From Microthyrium microscopicum (taxonomy: Eukaryota): a stretch of 64,000 nt of DNA. This document shows, piece after piece, positions 25,838 through 39,144 of this stretch (position 1 is its first letter; each line of letters opens with the position of its first letter). The notes under the pieces were generated by a model. The model searched no databases. It was not told the origin of the DNA and saw nothing but the letters and a program-made list of their open reading frames with translations. The stretch spans positions 1,101,769 through 1,165,768 of the forward strand of contig MU004242.1 in NCBI GenBank assembly GCA_010405405.1. The letters are read 5' to 3'. The position numbers and the translations under genes were made by a program.

Positions 25838-28800
25838 ATGAATCCTTCGCGATCAATACCGAGTCAAATAGGCTCCATAGAGTTCGGCTTTCTCTCCTCC
25901 AAAGACATTAAATCGCTCTCCGTCTCCAGAATCACGAATCCTACCACTTTCAATTCCCTACTGCACCCGAACGTTGGAGGCTTATATGACCCAGCTCTTG
26001 GGTCTTTCCAAAATCAGCCGTAAGTATTTTACGCAAACCTCAAAGATATCTCATCTCATTCATTCTAGATGCGCCACTTGCCATCTGCGGCAACTCGATG
26101 GCTGTCCAGGCCACAGCGGCCACATCGAACTCCCTCTCAAAGTTTACCATCCTACATATATTGACCAACTGCTGCGACTCCTCAATGGCAAATGTGTCTT
26201 CTGCCATCACTTCAAGATCCCTCGAACAGCCGCCAACCGATTCATTAGCAAGCTCCGTCTCATCAATGTGAATGCCTTATACGAAGCCGCGTCGCTAGAC
26301 GAGCAGGTTGCGAAGGTAGTCAATAGCGAGTCGGCCAACATAGGCTCAGACTCAGATGCTGCCGATGACAATGAGACCACAATCGAACTTCAGAACAGAT
26401 ACGTACAAAAGATACTCAAGAGGAAACGGCGCGAGGGCACCAATACACGTGCAGACTACACCGAGTCTGTTTCAGAAGCGCGAAAGAATTTGATCAAGGA
26501 ACTGATGACTGAAGTTGGAAAAGACCGGCTGTGCGGTACATGTCATGGCCGATCGCCACGCTTTCGAAAAGAGAGATCTGTCAAAGTTTTCATGAAAGGT
26601 CTCAACCAAAAACAGATGACACACAACGCAAACGCCGAGCTAAGAATGAAGAATCCCCTGGGAATCATCGCCGAACGTCGACAGAGGGAAATGAATGGTG
26701 TCACGCCAACCAAGCCTCGCGCTCCAGAGGATGGTCGTCCCGACATGATGCACTATGCTGTTGGAGGCGATGGCAGTGACGAAGCCTCCAACAGTGATGG
26801 CTCTCAAGCGGGCGATGCGCTCGAAACAGAAGACATGCTCTTATCCAAAGATATCATGGAAGACAGAACAACAGTTCGTACCACCAAAAAGGCGGCCACA
26901 GCAGCGGATACCTATATGGGGGCCGATGAAATACATGCAGCCATGGTACTACTTTTCGAACACGAATCAGAGTTGCTACGACTGGTTTATAGCCCGCGTT
27001 CGAAAGGCAAAATCCTCAGCGCCTTGTCTGCAGATATGTTCTTCATCGATACTATCTTAGTCCCACCAAATCGGTTTAGACCCGAAAATCCCGGAGACGG
27101 CGATGCAGTTACAGAACATGCGAGAAACAATCTGTTCAAAGCAATCTTATCTTGCATCACCTCTATTCAGCAAATTCACCAAGAAATGAGTGGAAAGAAG
27201 GCAGCGGAGCAAGGACGTCGAATCAGAGGAGAAACAGAGCTCAAAATGGCTCAAGTTGAGCTACAGGAGAACGTTAATGGGCTCATTGACAAGGGTAGTT
27301 CCCGATTCAGCAACAATGAGCGACAAGCCGATGGAATTAAACAGACTCTTGAAAAGAAAGAAGGTCTGTTCCGACAAAACATGATGGGCAAACGTGTCAA
27401 TTTTGCTGGCAGAAGTGTCATTTCACCAGATCCAAATATTGAGACGAGCGAAATTGGTGTCCCGCCAGTCTTTGCTTCCAAACTGACCTATCCGGAGCCT
27501 GTCAACAGACACAACTTCTACGAAATGAGAGAAGCCGTGATAAATGGCCCGGATACTTGGCCTGGAGCTGCGGCAATTGAACTTGAAGATGGCCAAATCC
27601 TCTCGCTAAACGGCAAATCGGTGGAGGAGCGTCTAGCATTAGCTAACCAACTCTTAACTCCATCCGAAGGGTCAAGCGACAACGGTGTAACCAGCAAAAA
27701 AGTTCATCGCCATTTAAACAATGGCGATATGGTCATCATGAATCGACAACCCACCCTACACAAACCTTCCATGATGTGTCATCGGGTTCGTGTCCTTGTT
27801 GGTGAGAAGACAATTCGCATGCACTACGCCAATTGCAACACCTACAATGCAGATTTCGATGGAGACGAAATGAATATGCACTTTCCGCAGACTGAACTTG
27901 CACGAGCAGAAGCAAACCTGATAGCAGACACCGACCACCAGTATCTGTCCTCGACTGCTGGTACGCCATTAAGAGGTCTCATCCAGGATCACATTTCAAT
28001 CAGTGTTCACTTGAGCAGCCGAGATACTTTCTACGACCGAGAAGAATATCTACAAATCATCTACGCTGCGTTACGGCCCGAGCACGGCCATACCGTAAGT
28101 GGTCGCCTCCAGTTTGTAGATCCGGCCATTTGGAAACCTGCAGCTCGGTGGACTGGAAAACAAGTCTACGACACGCTACTGCTCAATCTTACTCCTGAGG
28201 GACATCCTGGTCTCACTCTTCTATCAAAAACGAAAACCCCGGGTCATTTCTGGGGAGATGTGTTTGGCAAAGAAGAAGAAAAGGTTCTCATCAAGGACGG
28301 TCACTTGATCACTGGAATCATTGACAAGCAACATATCGGTCCATCTCTTGGAGGTTTAGTCCACGCCACATACGAGACTCTAGGGCATACTATTGCTGGA
28401 AAGCTTCTTAGCTGTATCGGTCGCATGCTCACGAAACTTCTTCATATGCAGGCTTTCTCTTGTGGTGTTTACGACTTGGTCATGACACCAGAAGGTGAGA
28501 AATCACGAAAAGAGTTGATGAAAAAGGCAAACGATATCGGCCTGGAAGCGGCTGCAAAGTATGTCACTTTGGAGAAACAATCTCCAACCTCTGACGACCC
28601 AGAGCTTCTCAGACGTCTCGAGGAGGTTTTGCGCGACGATGAAAAACAGAAAGTTCTCGATGATTTCTCAAAAGGAGCTGGTGGGGCTCTTTCTTCAGAG
28701 ATTACGCGAGAGTGTTTACCCAACGGCTTGGTACGAAAGTTTCCAAAGAATCAGATGCAGCTGATGACAAATTCTGGTGCCAAAGGATCCATGGTCAATG

Positions 28801-31088
28801 CCAATCTTATCTCCTGCAACCTTGGACAACAGGTTCTAGAAGGTCGACGTGTCCCGACGATGGTTAGTGGCAAGACGCTTCCATGCTTCAAGCCATTCGA
28901 TTCCCATGTTCGGGCAGGTGGTTATATCGTTGATCGTTTCTTGACTGGCGTCAACCCACAAGAATACTACTTTCACGCCATGGCTGGTCGTGAAGGTTTG
29001 ATTGATACCGCTGTTAAAACATCTCGCTCGGGTTATCTTCAGCGTTGTCTCGTCAAAGGAATGGAAGGCCTTCGTGTTGAGTATGATTGCTCAGTTCGAG
29101 ACTCGGGAGATGGATCCATTGTTCAGTTCCTTTATGGTGAAGATGGTCTGGACACCTGCAAGTCAACATATATCGACAAGTTCAAGTTCATGTCCGACAA
29201 TTTCATCGCCATCTACGGCCGCTTGAACGTACACGAAGAGTACCCCATAGTTCATTTGGAAGATGCAGCAAAGCACAACCGAAAGGCAACTCGAGTTTCG
29301 AAACGAGGACGAGCCACTCCTTTGGATCCAGCAATCTCTTTATACAATCCAAGCGTCCATGCTGGCAGTATGTCAGAAAAATATTACCGTGCGGTAAAGG
29401 CATTTGTGGACTCGAATCCTGACAACATATTTGCGGACAAGGCGACTGGACACAAAGGTCTCTCAGCAAAAGCATTCGACTTTTTGACTGAAATGCAATA
29501 TCTCAAGGCACTTGCTGAACCTGGCGAAGCTGTTGGAGTAGTGGCAGCACAGTCAGTCGGCGAACCTTCAACACAGATGACACTCAACACCTTCCATTTG
29601 GCTGGTCACTCCTCGAAGAACGTCACGCTTGGTATACCCCGGCTTCGAGAAATCGTCATGACAGCTTCTGATCATATATCCACCCCCAATATGACTCTCA
29701 CACTTCAATCAACTGTTACTGTGGAGCAGGGCGAAAAGTTCGCCAAAGAGATCACCAGACTTTCTTTAGCTGAAGTTGTGGACAAGACTAGCGTCGTGGA
29801 AACAACCAGAACTGGCGGTTCCTTTTCGAGCTCTAAATTCTATAAGATCCGTTTCGATTTCTTCCCCGCGAAAGAATACGAGGCAGAGTACAATATCAAG
29901 GTCCGGACCGTGCTGACCAGTATTGTTGAGGGCTTCATACCATATATCACAAAGCTGATCGCCAAAGAGATGCACAAACGTGGTGTCAAGCCAGGGACAG
30001 TCACAGACGCCATGCCCGCAATAGGACAATCAGCTGGCCGCTCAGAGGAACATGCTGCTGCGTTAGCCCGTCGCGCTGCTGATTCGGACGACGACTCTGA
30101 TGACGGCGAGAATGAGGAAGACATGGGTATGGATGCCGCTAAGAATCGAATGAAACGATCGGAAATGGACGACTTCGGTGAGGCAAAAGACGCAGAAGAT
30201 CTCGAAGCTGCTTCACAGACGTCGGAAGCAGGTGATGACGATGAGGATAAACGCGTCGAAGCCATTGACAAGGAAGACGAGGAAGTTGATGACGACGAGG
30301 AGAAGGACGACTCGGACAATGATCGTATCTACATTACCGACTCGGCGTCAGCAATCTCAGCTTACGCTCGCGGCCACAAATGGAACAACACTCTCTGCGA
30401 CTTTTCCTTCGATCCGGCAGGTCGCTGGTGCGAAGCTACACTGGAATATGACGCGGACTCGCACAAACTTCTCATGCTTGCTTACGTCGAGACTGCTACT
30501 CACCATACTGTCCTCCAAGCACTACCTGGAATCAAGTCTTGCGTCCTCGATAAGAAGAACAAGAACTTAGATCGGCATACAGGTGACCTGGTGGAAGAGC
30601 CAGCTGTTATTACGGAAGGCTGCAATCTCATGGCAATTCGCGACTACACTCAATTCGTGAACCCAGATAAGGTGTTTACCAACGACATTGCAGCAGTCCG
30701 GAAAGTTTATGGCGTTGAAGCTTGTCGAGCAAATATTGTGCGCGAGATGGACGCTGTTTTTAAAGGTCACGCTATCGATGTGGATAATCGCCATCTCAAC
30801 CTGATTGCAGATACGATGACTCGTGCTGGTGGGTACTTGCCGTTCAGTCGAAACGGCATGAAGAATGCAGTCAGCGCGTTTATGAAGATGAGCTTTGAGA
30901 CGACGCTCGGTGTGCTCAAGGAGGCGGTTGCTGGACAGGAAACGGAGGATCTGAAGAATCCTAGTGCTCAACTAGTTGTGGGCAACTTGAGTGGTGTTGG
31001 TACAGGTAGCTTCAAGCTAATGGTGCCTAGTGCGAATGGGCAGGTACGTGATGATGATGAGGATAGTGATTCTGAGATGAGCGGGTAG
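25838..31088 (+). CDS. RPA190: DNA-directed RNA polymerase I largest subunit (intron 26020-26068)
   Basis: GGLYDPALG, CPGHSGHIEL, KKEGLFRQNMMGKRVNF, catalytic YNADFDGDEMN, TQMTLNTFHLAGH, and a Pol I-type acidic insertion near the C-terminus. Confidence 0.98.
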
Positions 31089-31613
31089 GGCCACAATAGC
31101 TTTGAGGAATCGAAGAAAAGTCGAGATTCAGCCATGACCGAAAGACATATACAACATATATATCTACCTACCTAGGTACATAATGATCACCAGCATCATA
31201 TATCAAGCTTGTCTCAGTGTACCACCGGCTCTCGATGGACGCCGCAACGGTAGCAATTTGGCACGGGACAATCTTTCAACGCTGGCTACTTCCTTACGTG
31301 AAAATGGAACCAGGCAGGGTATCTTCGTTACAAACTTTCATCTGGTGCAAAGGTGAAATGAAACAGCCAACAGCCACCAGCTTTACTGCAGCAAGAGTGT
31401 GCTGTTGACCGTTTGATCTGGAGATATCTCTTCCACATTTAAGCTTCCTCATAACTACTTTCCCTTTCTATTCTCCGGCAACACCAACATCCTATCATTC
31501 TGCAAGAGCACCAAAAAAAACTCACGGAAAAATCTCTTAACAAGACTCACGTCCGCGCATAAGAGCTGTCAACAATACCTTCTATTTACAAGATTAGCTG
31601 GTCTGTGTCCATA

Positions 31614-32632
31614 ATGGTTGCTTCAGAGCCATTGAGTCACGTTACAAGCGACCTGCAAGTTGCTAACAAACAGACTGAACAGGCGGGCTCCTATCTGCTA
31701 AAACTGCCTCTTGAGATCCGACTGGAAATCTACGAGTACTTGCACATACCGGTAAGTCTCTCGGTTTCCATTTATTAACCAACGCTAACACATTATAGAC
31801 AAAGCGTAACTTTTGGTACTACCTGGCCATAGAATATGGAAAGGTCGCCCCGAAGATCGAGTTGAGGACAGCTCTAAAAGATCCACGAAAGAATCGACAT
31901 GTTCACCTTGAGATTCTGGCCACCTGCCGACAAATTCTTTATGAAGTCCTCCCTGAGGTAAACTCAAGTATTCTCTTTCGTCTCTATCTGAAGTCGATCA
32001 CACCACTTGATTCTTTGCCATTCAAGGCCAAAAACCTTGTAACCCGCCTCCGCATCGAGAGTCGAGAATCATTGCCCTTTTTCTGGATTTCTCCCAATCT
32101 AGTACTCCCAGCCTTGCAGGAATTGATCATCGCTATACCTATATCGTTTCAAGCGGCTTGGTACAAATGGCAGCGGGGAATGACCGTCAGTAACGCCGAT
32201 CTAATCAAAGGATTTGAGCGAGATCCCGTTTGCCGTCTACCTCGTAATGGTATAAAAGCTATATTTAACTTGAGTGGTCGTGTATTTACGGTCAAGCGGG
32301 TGATTCTCGAGTTCGACCTCGAAAACCATGCGCTCGGTTCGTACGCGCTTGGTCCTGATCACCGCCGGTCATTTGCTCGATCTTTTGACACCTGGTTCGA
32401 CCACGATCGCGAAGGGGTCAAATTCATCCGACGAATGACGCGACAGCTAGGCGCGTTTCCTGATCGGAAAGTAGTATGGCGATATAGGCCAAAGGAAGTG
32501 GATTACTATAGCTGTCGGCTTCTTGAAATGATTGCTGACGACGGAGAAACTCGGGATGAGAAATTGTGTGAGGTCTGGGATGAGGAGATGAAAGGTGTTA
32601 ATGTTACTAGTCGATTCGAAGAATTGAACTGA
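31614..32632 (+). CDS. Hypothetical protein with N-terminal F-box-like motif (member B, paralogue of 1813-2948); intron 31752-31798
   Basis: YLLKLPLEIRLEIYEYLHIP|intron|...ILATCRQILYE. Shares LPALQE, AW.KW..G, KRV..EFD, QL.AFP.R.VVWRY, LCEV and TSRFE with member A. Confidence 0.8.
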
Positions 32633-33973
32633 ACAGTAGCGCCAGAACTCTTTTACCGGCCTTCAATGATAATTTGGGTACTCGAGGCCCCATCATTAGA
32701 CCAGAAGCTCTTATGGCCTTCGGTTGAATGTAATTGTACCCGACTGATTTGCGAAAATCTTCATATACCGTGAACCTTCTGTCTCCCACCGGCTCTTGCC
32801 AAAACTGCGACTATGGCTTCTTAAGCTCAACAAATACCCGTACTCGATATTTCTGACCCTGAGTTTAGTCACATAGAAAATTTGATATCTTTAGCACAAC
32901 AGTTGAAGTACCGTAAATGCATTCAACCAATAAAAACGGTGGATATACAGCACTAGTACACATTGGGGCAAGCGCTGTGGATCTACAACAATTTGTGCAA
33001 GGATCGACGCCATCTCAATGCCAATCCTTTAACTTCACCTCCTTCGACTGAATTGTTCTCCAATTTCCCGTGAGCCCATGTGTCTTTCCACTTGAAAGCT
33101 TGTTCTAAGTATGAGCTGGCCTACACGCTCGGTGTAGCGCGCTATTATCTACAATTCACTCCTATCCTCGAGGGCAGATAGTTGGCGAGAAGTTGACGAT
33201 ACACCCTCCTTGAGATTGTGATTGCGCGAGACCCTCTCCCCTTTGAGCTAACTTTCACATAACTCGGCCAATTACCTATGACAATAGACATAGCATGTAA
33301 AAGGTATTTGGGGAGGCTACTGCGATGGTCTACCTCCGACTCTCATAGGCTGCTTTATGCGCGAGTGGCTCAGTGTTATTGATATTAGTTTCACATGCGA
33401 AAGGGAAAGTGACTTGTAGCCACCTTCTCAAGCTACGTGTATAAACTTACCTCCCGGTTTGGTATTCGCATATTCCTGCTCAGAGGTAATCAAAAACAGA
33501 ATAAAATACAGGACTTCTTCAACCAGAAACTCCTAGGTTATTGAGTAGTTACTTTTAGATCGCGGGTTGGTACCAGACTCTACCTAGGTATCGCCAGAAT
33601 ATCATGGCACGATTTGGCAAGAAGTTGGGCAACTCAGTAACATATTTTGGGCAATTCGGTGACATATTTGAACCTGTGTTTTGTTGTGGACTGCTAGTTT
33701 CGTGGAGGTGGGCGGTGATGGCAGGGGCGACGAAGGGGGCTGTTTCAGTAACAAACAGGTGCTATCTAACGCCGGTTGGTGACGGTTCCTCCGTAGCTTC
33801 GACAACATCATCATAAAATCTAGTTTCCATCAAAATCCTCTGCGCCTTTGAACACCCCCACAACGGATCAAGCTGGCTCGCTAACCTGTACCGTACCGCC
33901 CATTTCAATTGCTTACTCGTCTTCCTCCCACCACGACTTCAGTTTCTACTTGATCCTTCTCGTTCCTACTATA

Positions 33974-35663
33974 ATGTCCTCTTCATCATTCAACAACACC
34001 ACTGTCGTCACCGAAAAAATGGGTCATTTCTCATTCCTGCAGCAAGGCGTACCGCCCGAGATTCGCCTCATGATCTACAAGCTGCTTCTTATCTCTCCGG
34101 CAACTTCGAAATTAATTGAAAACAGCAGCGCGGACCTGAAGCATGACGGCCGAGAATTCCAATTAGAGCGGCAAGTGCCTGCAGCAGTAACGACTGATGA
34201 GCGCACTCTGTGGCCTGAGATACTTGCAACATGTAGCTTGTTCTATGAGGTAAGATTGACCCCTGCCGTTGTGAATCAGATCTATCAACTACAGCCGACG
34301 AAACGAGAAATTCTTCCATCAAGTTTCATGGCTCCCATAGAAGATGTTTATCAAGCGACTACCTTGAATGCCTCGAGACGTGATGGATATTGCGCGGTTT
34401 CACCACAAAAATACCATGTGATCTTTCCGCTGCGGGCCTTCGTTTCACCGCATGCTGGCTTGGTCATTACAATCTTATACTAATAAGTTCTAGGAAGCGC
34501 ATGAGATCTTATACCGCAACCATACTTTTCACTACGTTCGAAACCGTGGAGATCATCTGGCTGGTAAGATTGCCCCATGCCAAGTCACATATCTTGATCA
34601 AACTCGAAGAATCCAAAGATTTGTATTTGTCATTGCACACGATGCCTACCATATAATGCGTTATTCTTGGTATTATGATATGGTATCTACCAATTGCAAT
34701 ATGTGTTCTGCGGTTTTGCCATGAAATGGTCTTTCAGATGCCTCAGAATCTCAAACTGACAAATTCTAATAGATCACCTACAATCCGCTTTCAGTATCAA
34801 GTTCGTTCCTGTTATCACCAAGCTGTATCTGCGACAGAGCCCCATAGCTGGTGACCTCGACCGGATCTTCGGCTGCTTCACATCTCTGAAAAAGGTTCAA
34901 ATTAATATCACTTGGGGAGATATACTTTCCGAAGACGACTTTTACCCTTTCCGGCAGCATGACAGTCAGGATACTCGCTGGCTTCACATGATCCAGTACT
35001 TCCGTGCTCGACAGCCCGCCCTACAGGAATTCAGAATTCATTTCTTCCATCGTATCTGTCCTTCCTGCCACTCAAGCCATGAGTCTAGCTTATCAGACTA
35101 TGGCCGTTGGATGGGACTATCAGAACACGGCTCAATCGTTGGCATGTTGGCATGGCCTACTGGAATGGAGGAAGATGACGATAGCAGGTAAGATCTCCCT
35201 TCTTACAGTCAGCCCCCGAACATTGTACTCGATGGCCATCCTAGGATACGTTTCTGAACGAGTGCTATGGTTTCCACTTAGTGCGACCGGTTTTCATAAT
35301 CCACCAGGGATAGATTATGCGGTGGTCTCACAAGTTTTCCTTATACTGATAAGTTCCAGCTCAACAACGGCTGCAATGATCAGTCGGATAGGCTTTGCCG
35401 TTGATCCCCGGGCTAGCTTTAAGCTTCCACTCTCCTTCAGTATTCATCGAGAGCGGATGAAAAAGATCAAAGAATGGTTTGGTGACGAGCAAAATGGCTG
35501 GGAGTGGCTTTTCCAAGTCGTGACCAAATTCGATGGTCCTCCTTTGGTGCAAATGACAATACTGTCGAACCCGAATGCTCCAACCTTCGTGCGATGTGAG
35601 ACTCTTGGGGAATGGGGGCATCAGTCACGCGTCGAGGAGCTGTATCCCACAGATGAAGATTAG
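33974..35663 (+). CDS. Hypothetical protein with N-terminal F-box-like motif (member C), ~4 exons
   Basis: VPPEIRLMIYKLLL...ILATCSLFYE|EAHEILYRNHTF. GTAAGA donors near 34250, 34564 and 35188 join the ORF-track fragments in frame. Confidence 0.65.
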
Positions 35664-36583
35664 GATTGTTGATGAATCTGTCGTTACAAGGCAGTTGCTG
35701 ATATTGTTACACTGCTATAAGATGTTGCTGCTTGTTAATAGACTCAAATGCCAGTCAATTGCTAGACATCATGATTACTGGGTCCCAATAAACTTCGAAG
35801 GCTCCCGTCAGCAGCGCCTTGTTACTTAATGTCTTATTTGCCATAGAGAGAGTTCACACTTTGTCGCTTTGTTATATGATGGAAACTATAGCATCCTGTG
35901 TCTGATAGTATCTGGGGCATTGAAACTGAAGAGGCACACGAATTGAATTGTCCATCGGTTGCCAGCACAGATGGATTGCGGGTTCGCACTATAGGCACTT
36001 TCAGATGATGCTAGTGTAGTCCATTTAAAGCTAACAAGTAAAAGCACTGATGTATCTTCAAATTTGTTTACTGCGACTACTCAACAGATCCAATGATCAT
36101 GCTAGCACCAGCAATTTGATATGACACCCTGAACTGATGGTTTGAACATCGATGCATAACAATTGTTGATGGATACTAAAACAGGTACCCGCTTTTGCTT
36201 TCCTTTTTGAGCTCGAGAAGTTGAAGCTAAATATGCAATAGTAAGAAAACTACATGCTTCAGGATCCCGCCCTGGTCAACTTCAGGCCAGTGTTCAATGT
36301 TGCCTCATACACCTTGGCTTGATTTCTCAAATGGCATGTTACTGTCCGAAAGGATATAGACCATCACGCTTGGTAAAGAACGTAGGCTTCGATTCTCAAC
36401 GTGGTCAACATTGCCCCACCCTCTTCACACACTAGATGGGAAATAATGTAGTCGATAATGAGGAGTGAAGAATCGGGGGCGTGAACACTGCTGTGTCATT
36501 CGAGATTCGTACACCGCCTTTCCATAATCTGAAGGGCTTATAACTCCTCAAGTCTACTCATGTTGCCGTAAGCGCCTAATATC

Positions 36584-37932
36584 TCACACAAAACCCCCTC
36601 CCGCTTCTGTAGGAAAGTTAGCATGGATTTTTTGAACTTGAAGGCGCTCAGGAGCTCCTACCTTGCCCTTGTTGTAGGTCATATGTATCTCAGGCAGTGG
36701 AATGTCGGTTGCTGAGATAATGGTCTTGAAAGCCCAGTTCCAGATTTCCAAGTCGTGATTCTTCGTGTATGTCTCTTTTCCCATTTCACGAAGGATTTTG
36801 TTTTGGAAGAAGTCTCGATGAAAATCGAAGTTGCTGGGAACCTGAAAGCTGTCAGTATGAGGACATATTTCACGAGCCATAGCATACGACGACAGCCATG
36901 GAATTCTTTGGGGTCATCGAAAGTTGTCAAGAAATGTGGTTGGGCAGGAGGAAAATCTTACCCTACGCATACCGGCACTCTGATCTCGGAGTCGCTGGAG
37001 AAGCAAAGCTTCAGCCCCCTCGATATCGCCTAAGTAAAGACCGTTTGAGAAGGTCCAAAGCCATTCCTGTAACGCGGACATGATATCATCTTCGCCTCCA
37101 GTAGCTGCGAGCTCCTCACGGGTAGGCTTTACCCAAGGTACATATTCCTTCATAGCCTGCGAACGGTTAGTGCCTTTCTGAAGACCCGAAGTGGCTTACG
37201 GCAGCCACAACAACTTGAGATATCAACGGGACATATACTGATATGGGGAAAACTTACCATGTGACCGAGCACGCTGCCGTCTCTATCAGGTTTTTCTGCA
37301 GGACCCAGGTAGAACACACATTCTAACTGCTCGATTTGACGCGGTTGGGCCAAATTACTCAATGCCGCCAGAAAGAGGCCTATGTTTGACACCGAAAGCG
37401 CTGAGTCCTTCAACATGAACTTGACTGAAGTCAAGTTTGGGAAAGAATGTCGAATGGCAGAGGCGCCTCGCATTTGTGCCGGACCACTCAGACCGTGATC
37501 CCAGGACACAATTGTAGGCCAGTTGCTATCATTGGTGACCTGCAAGCGCTTGATCTGCTCGCTGTTGGCTGATGTTGAGGGAATCCACATTCCAAGGTCT
37601 CCCTCGCCCATCTTCAGGGTCCTTTTTTTGGGGGGGAAGCGTAGCGCTGGCCGAACGTCAAAGACATTTTTATTCCAGATCATGGACTGGAATTCGTGGT
37701 GGAATTGGCTGCAGGTGGATAAAATCGCAGCATTTAGTTGTTTTTGTTTTGAAAGATACAACGCGGCATCCTTTTCTTCGTCAGAATCATAATGCCATAA
37801 TGGCGTATTGTAGCCAATTCCGATAGGCTTTTGTGCGACCAGGAGATGCTCGAAGATCATTTCTCGAATCTCAAAAGGAAGAATATTCTGGAGGTAAGAG
37901 ACTCCGGATGGAGGTGGAACGAAGGCGGCCAT
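36584..37932 (-). CDS. Hypothetical protein with N-terminal F-box-like motif (member D), multi-exon
   Basis: LPFEIREMIFEHLL...AILSTCSQFHHE...NVF. Intron 37257-37157 plus further short introns; the 3' structure is approximate. Confidence 0.65.
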
Positions 37933-39144
37933 TATATCGATCTTTATAGTGACAGAGTTATTATGATGGTATATTAGATTGGGGAAAGTGGGCTATTCTG
38001 TAGCAGGTCAGTCATCAATGTCTCGATTATGTTTCCTCGACACTAATACTTGACTCTTAGGTCACAATAACAGAGTCATATGAATTCTGCCATCGCAACA
38101 AGGGCTGCTTATGTTGACGATAGGCGGAAAACTTACAGTGCGCGCGTAGAGTATATCAGGAGTTGACGTAAAGTTGTAAAAGGCGGCTGAACGGCTTTGT
38201 GGGTGTAGCAATGAGGCAAGTAGATTGTAGTATGATCGGTGTTGTGGACGAAGGAAGTAAACAAAAATTCCGAGAGGGGGTTATAATGATTTCGAATGAC
38301 CGCGGTAAGTGACTTTAGTTTGTTTGGTGCTCACGCGGTGAAATTTATCTACGTACTAAAATTGAGTTACCGCTCAGCATGCAGTGAGGTAGCTGCTTGG
38401 AGGTGAGGTAAAATCCCGACGCTTGATTGAGATGACCGATGAAAAGAACGCATTTTATTTGGATGGCTTTTACAAGTCAGGGAACAGTGCCATGGCGTTG
38501 CGACGAAAAGATAGAAGATATGATGTTTATAGATTAGATCATAATTGTATAGAGTTGGGAGTATTCAATGTTCCTTTGCAGGTGTATGGCAGCCATCATT
38601 GTCAATCAGAGCAGGCTATGAAATCTTGATGCAGTTGCTAAGGTAGTCATCAGTAAGGAACCAAGACGTTTGAGTCTCGCGTGCAGAAAGAGTAAAGAAT
38701 ATTTGCGACCTCAAAGCTGGTTATTTCTGAGTCTGGCCATACCATAAATGAGCATCCGCCACTTACCTACACAATGACTAGCATGCGACGTGGAACACTC
38801 TATCGTGTCGACGATACCGAAATCTTCCAGCTCGCAGACGAATATCAACCACTCTGACTAGCCCTTCTCACAATCTTTGGATCCAACGATGCGCCCATGC
38901 TCTTTGGGTAGCATCGCAATTCGTAGCGAAAAGTGACATGTTGTGGGAAGATTTGACGACTCTAACGATACTTCGAGCATAGTTACTAAGGCTTTTTATG
39001 ATATGTCATGGTTTCGTCGTATGCGACTCGTCACTATTAGTCTAATTCAGAACGAGCAAATAAGTATATTCTAGCGGTACTTAGTCCGTCGCTGTCGCTC
39101 ATCTTCTTCCTTCACCACAACTTGCTTGACATAGAAATCTCAGC

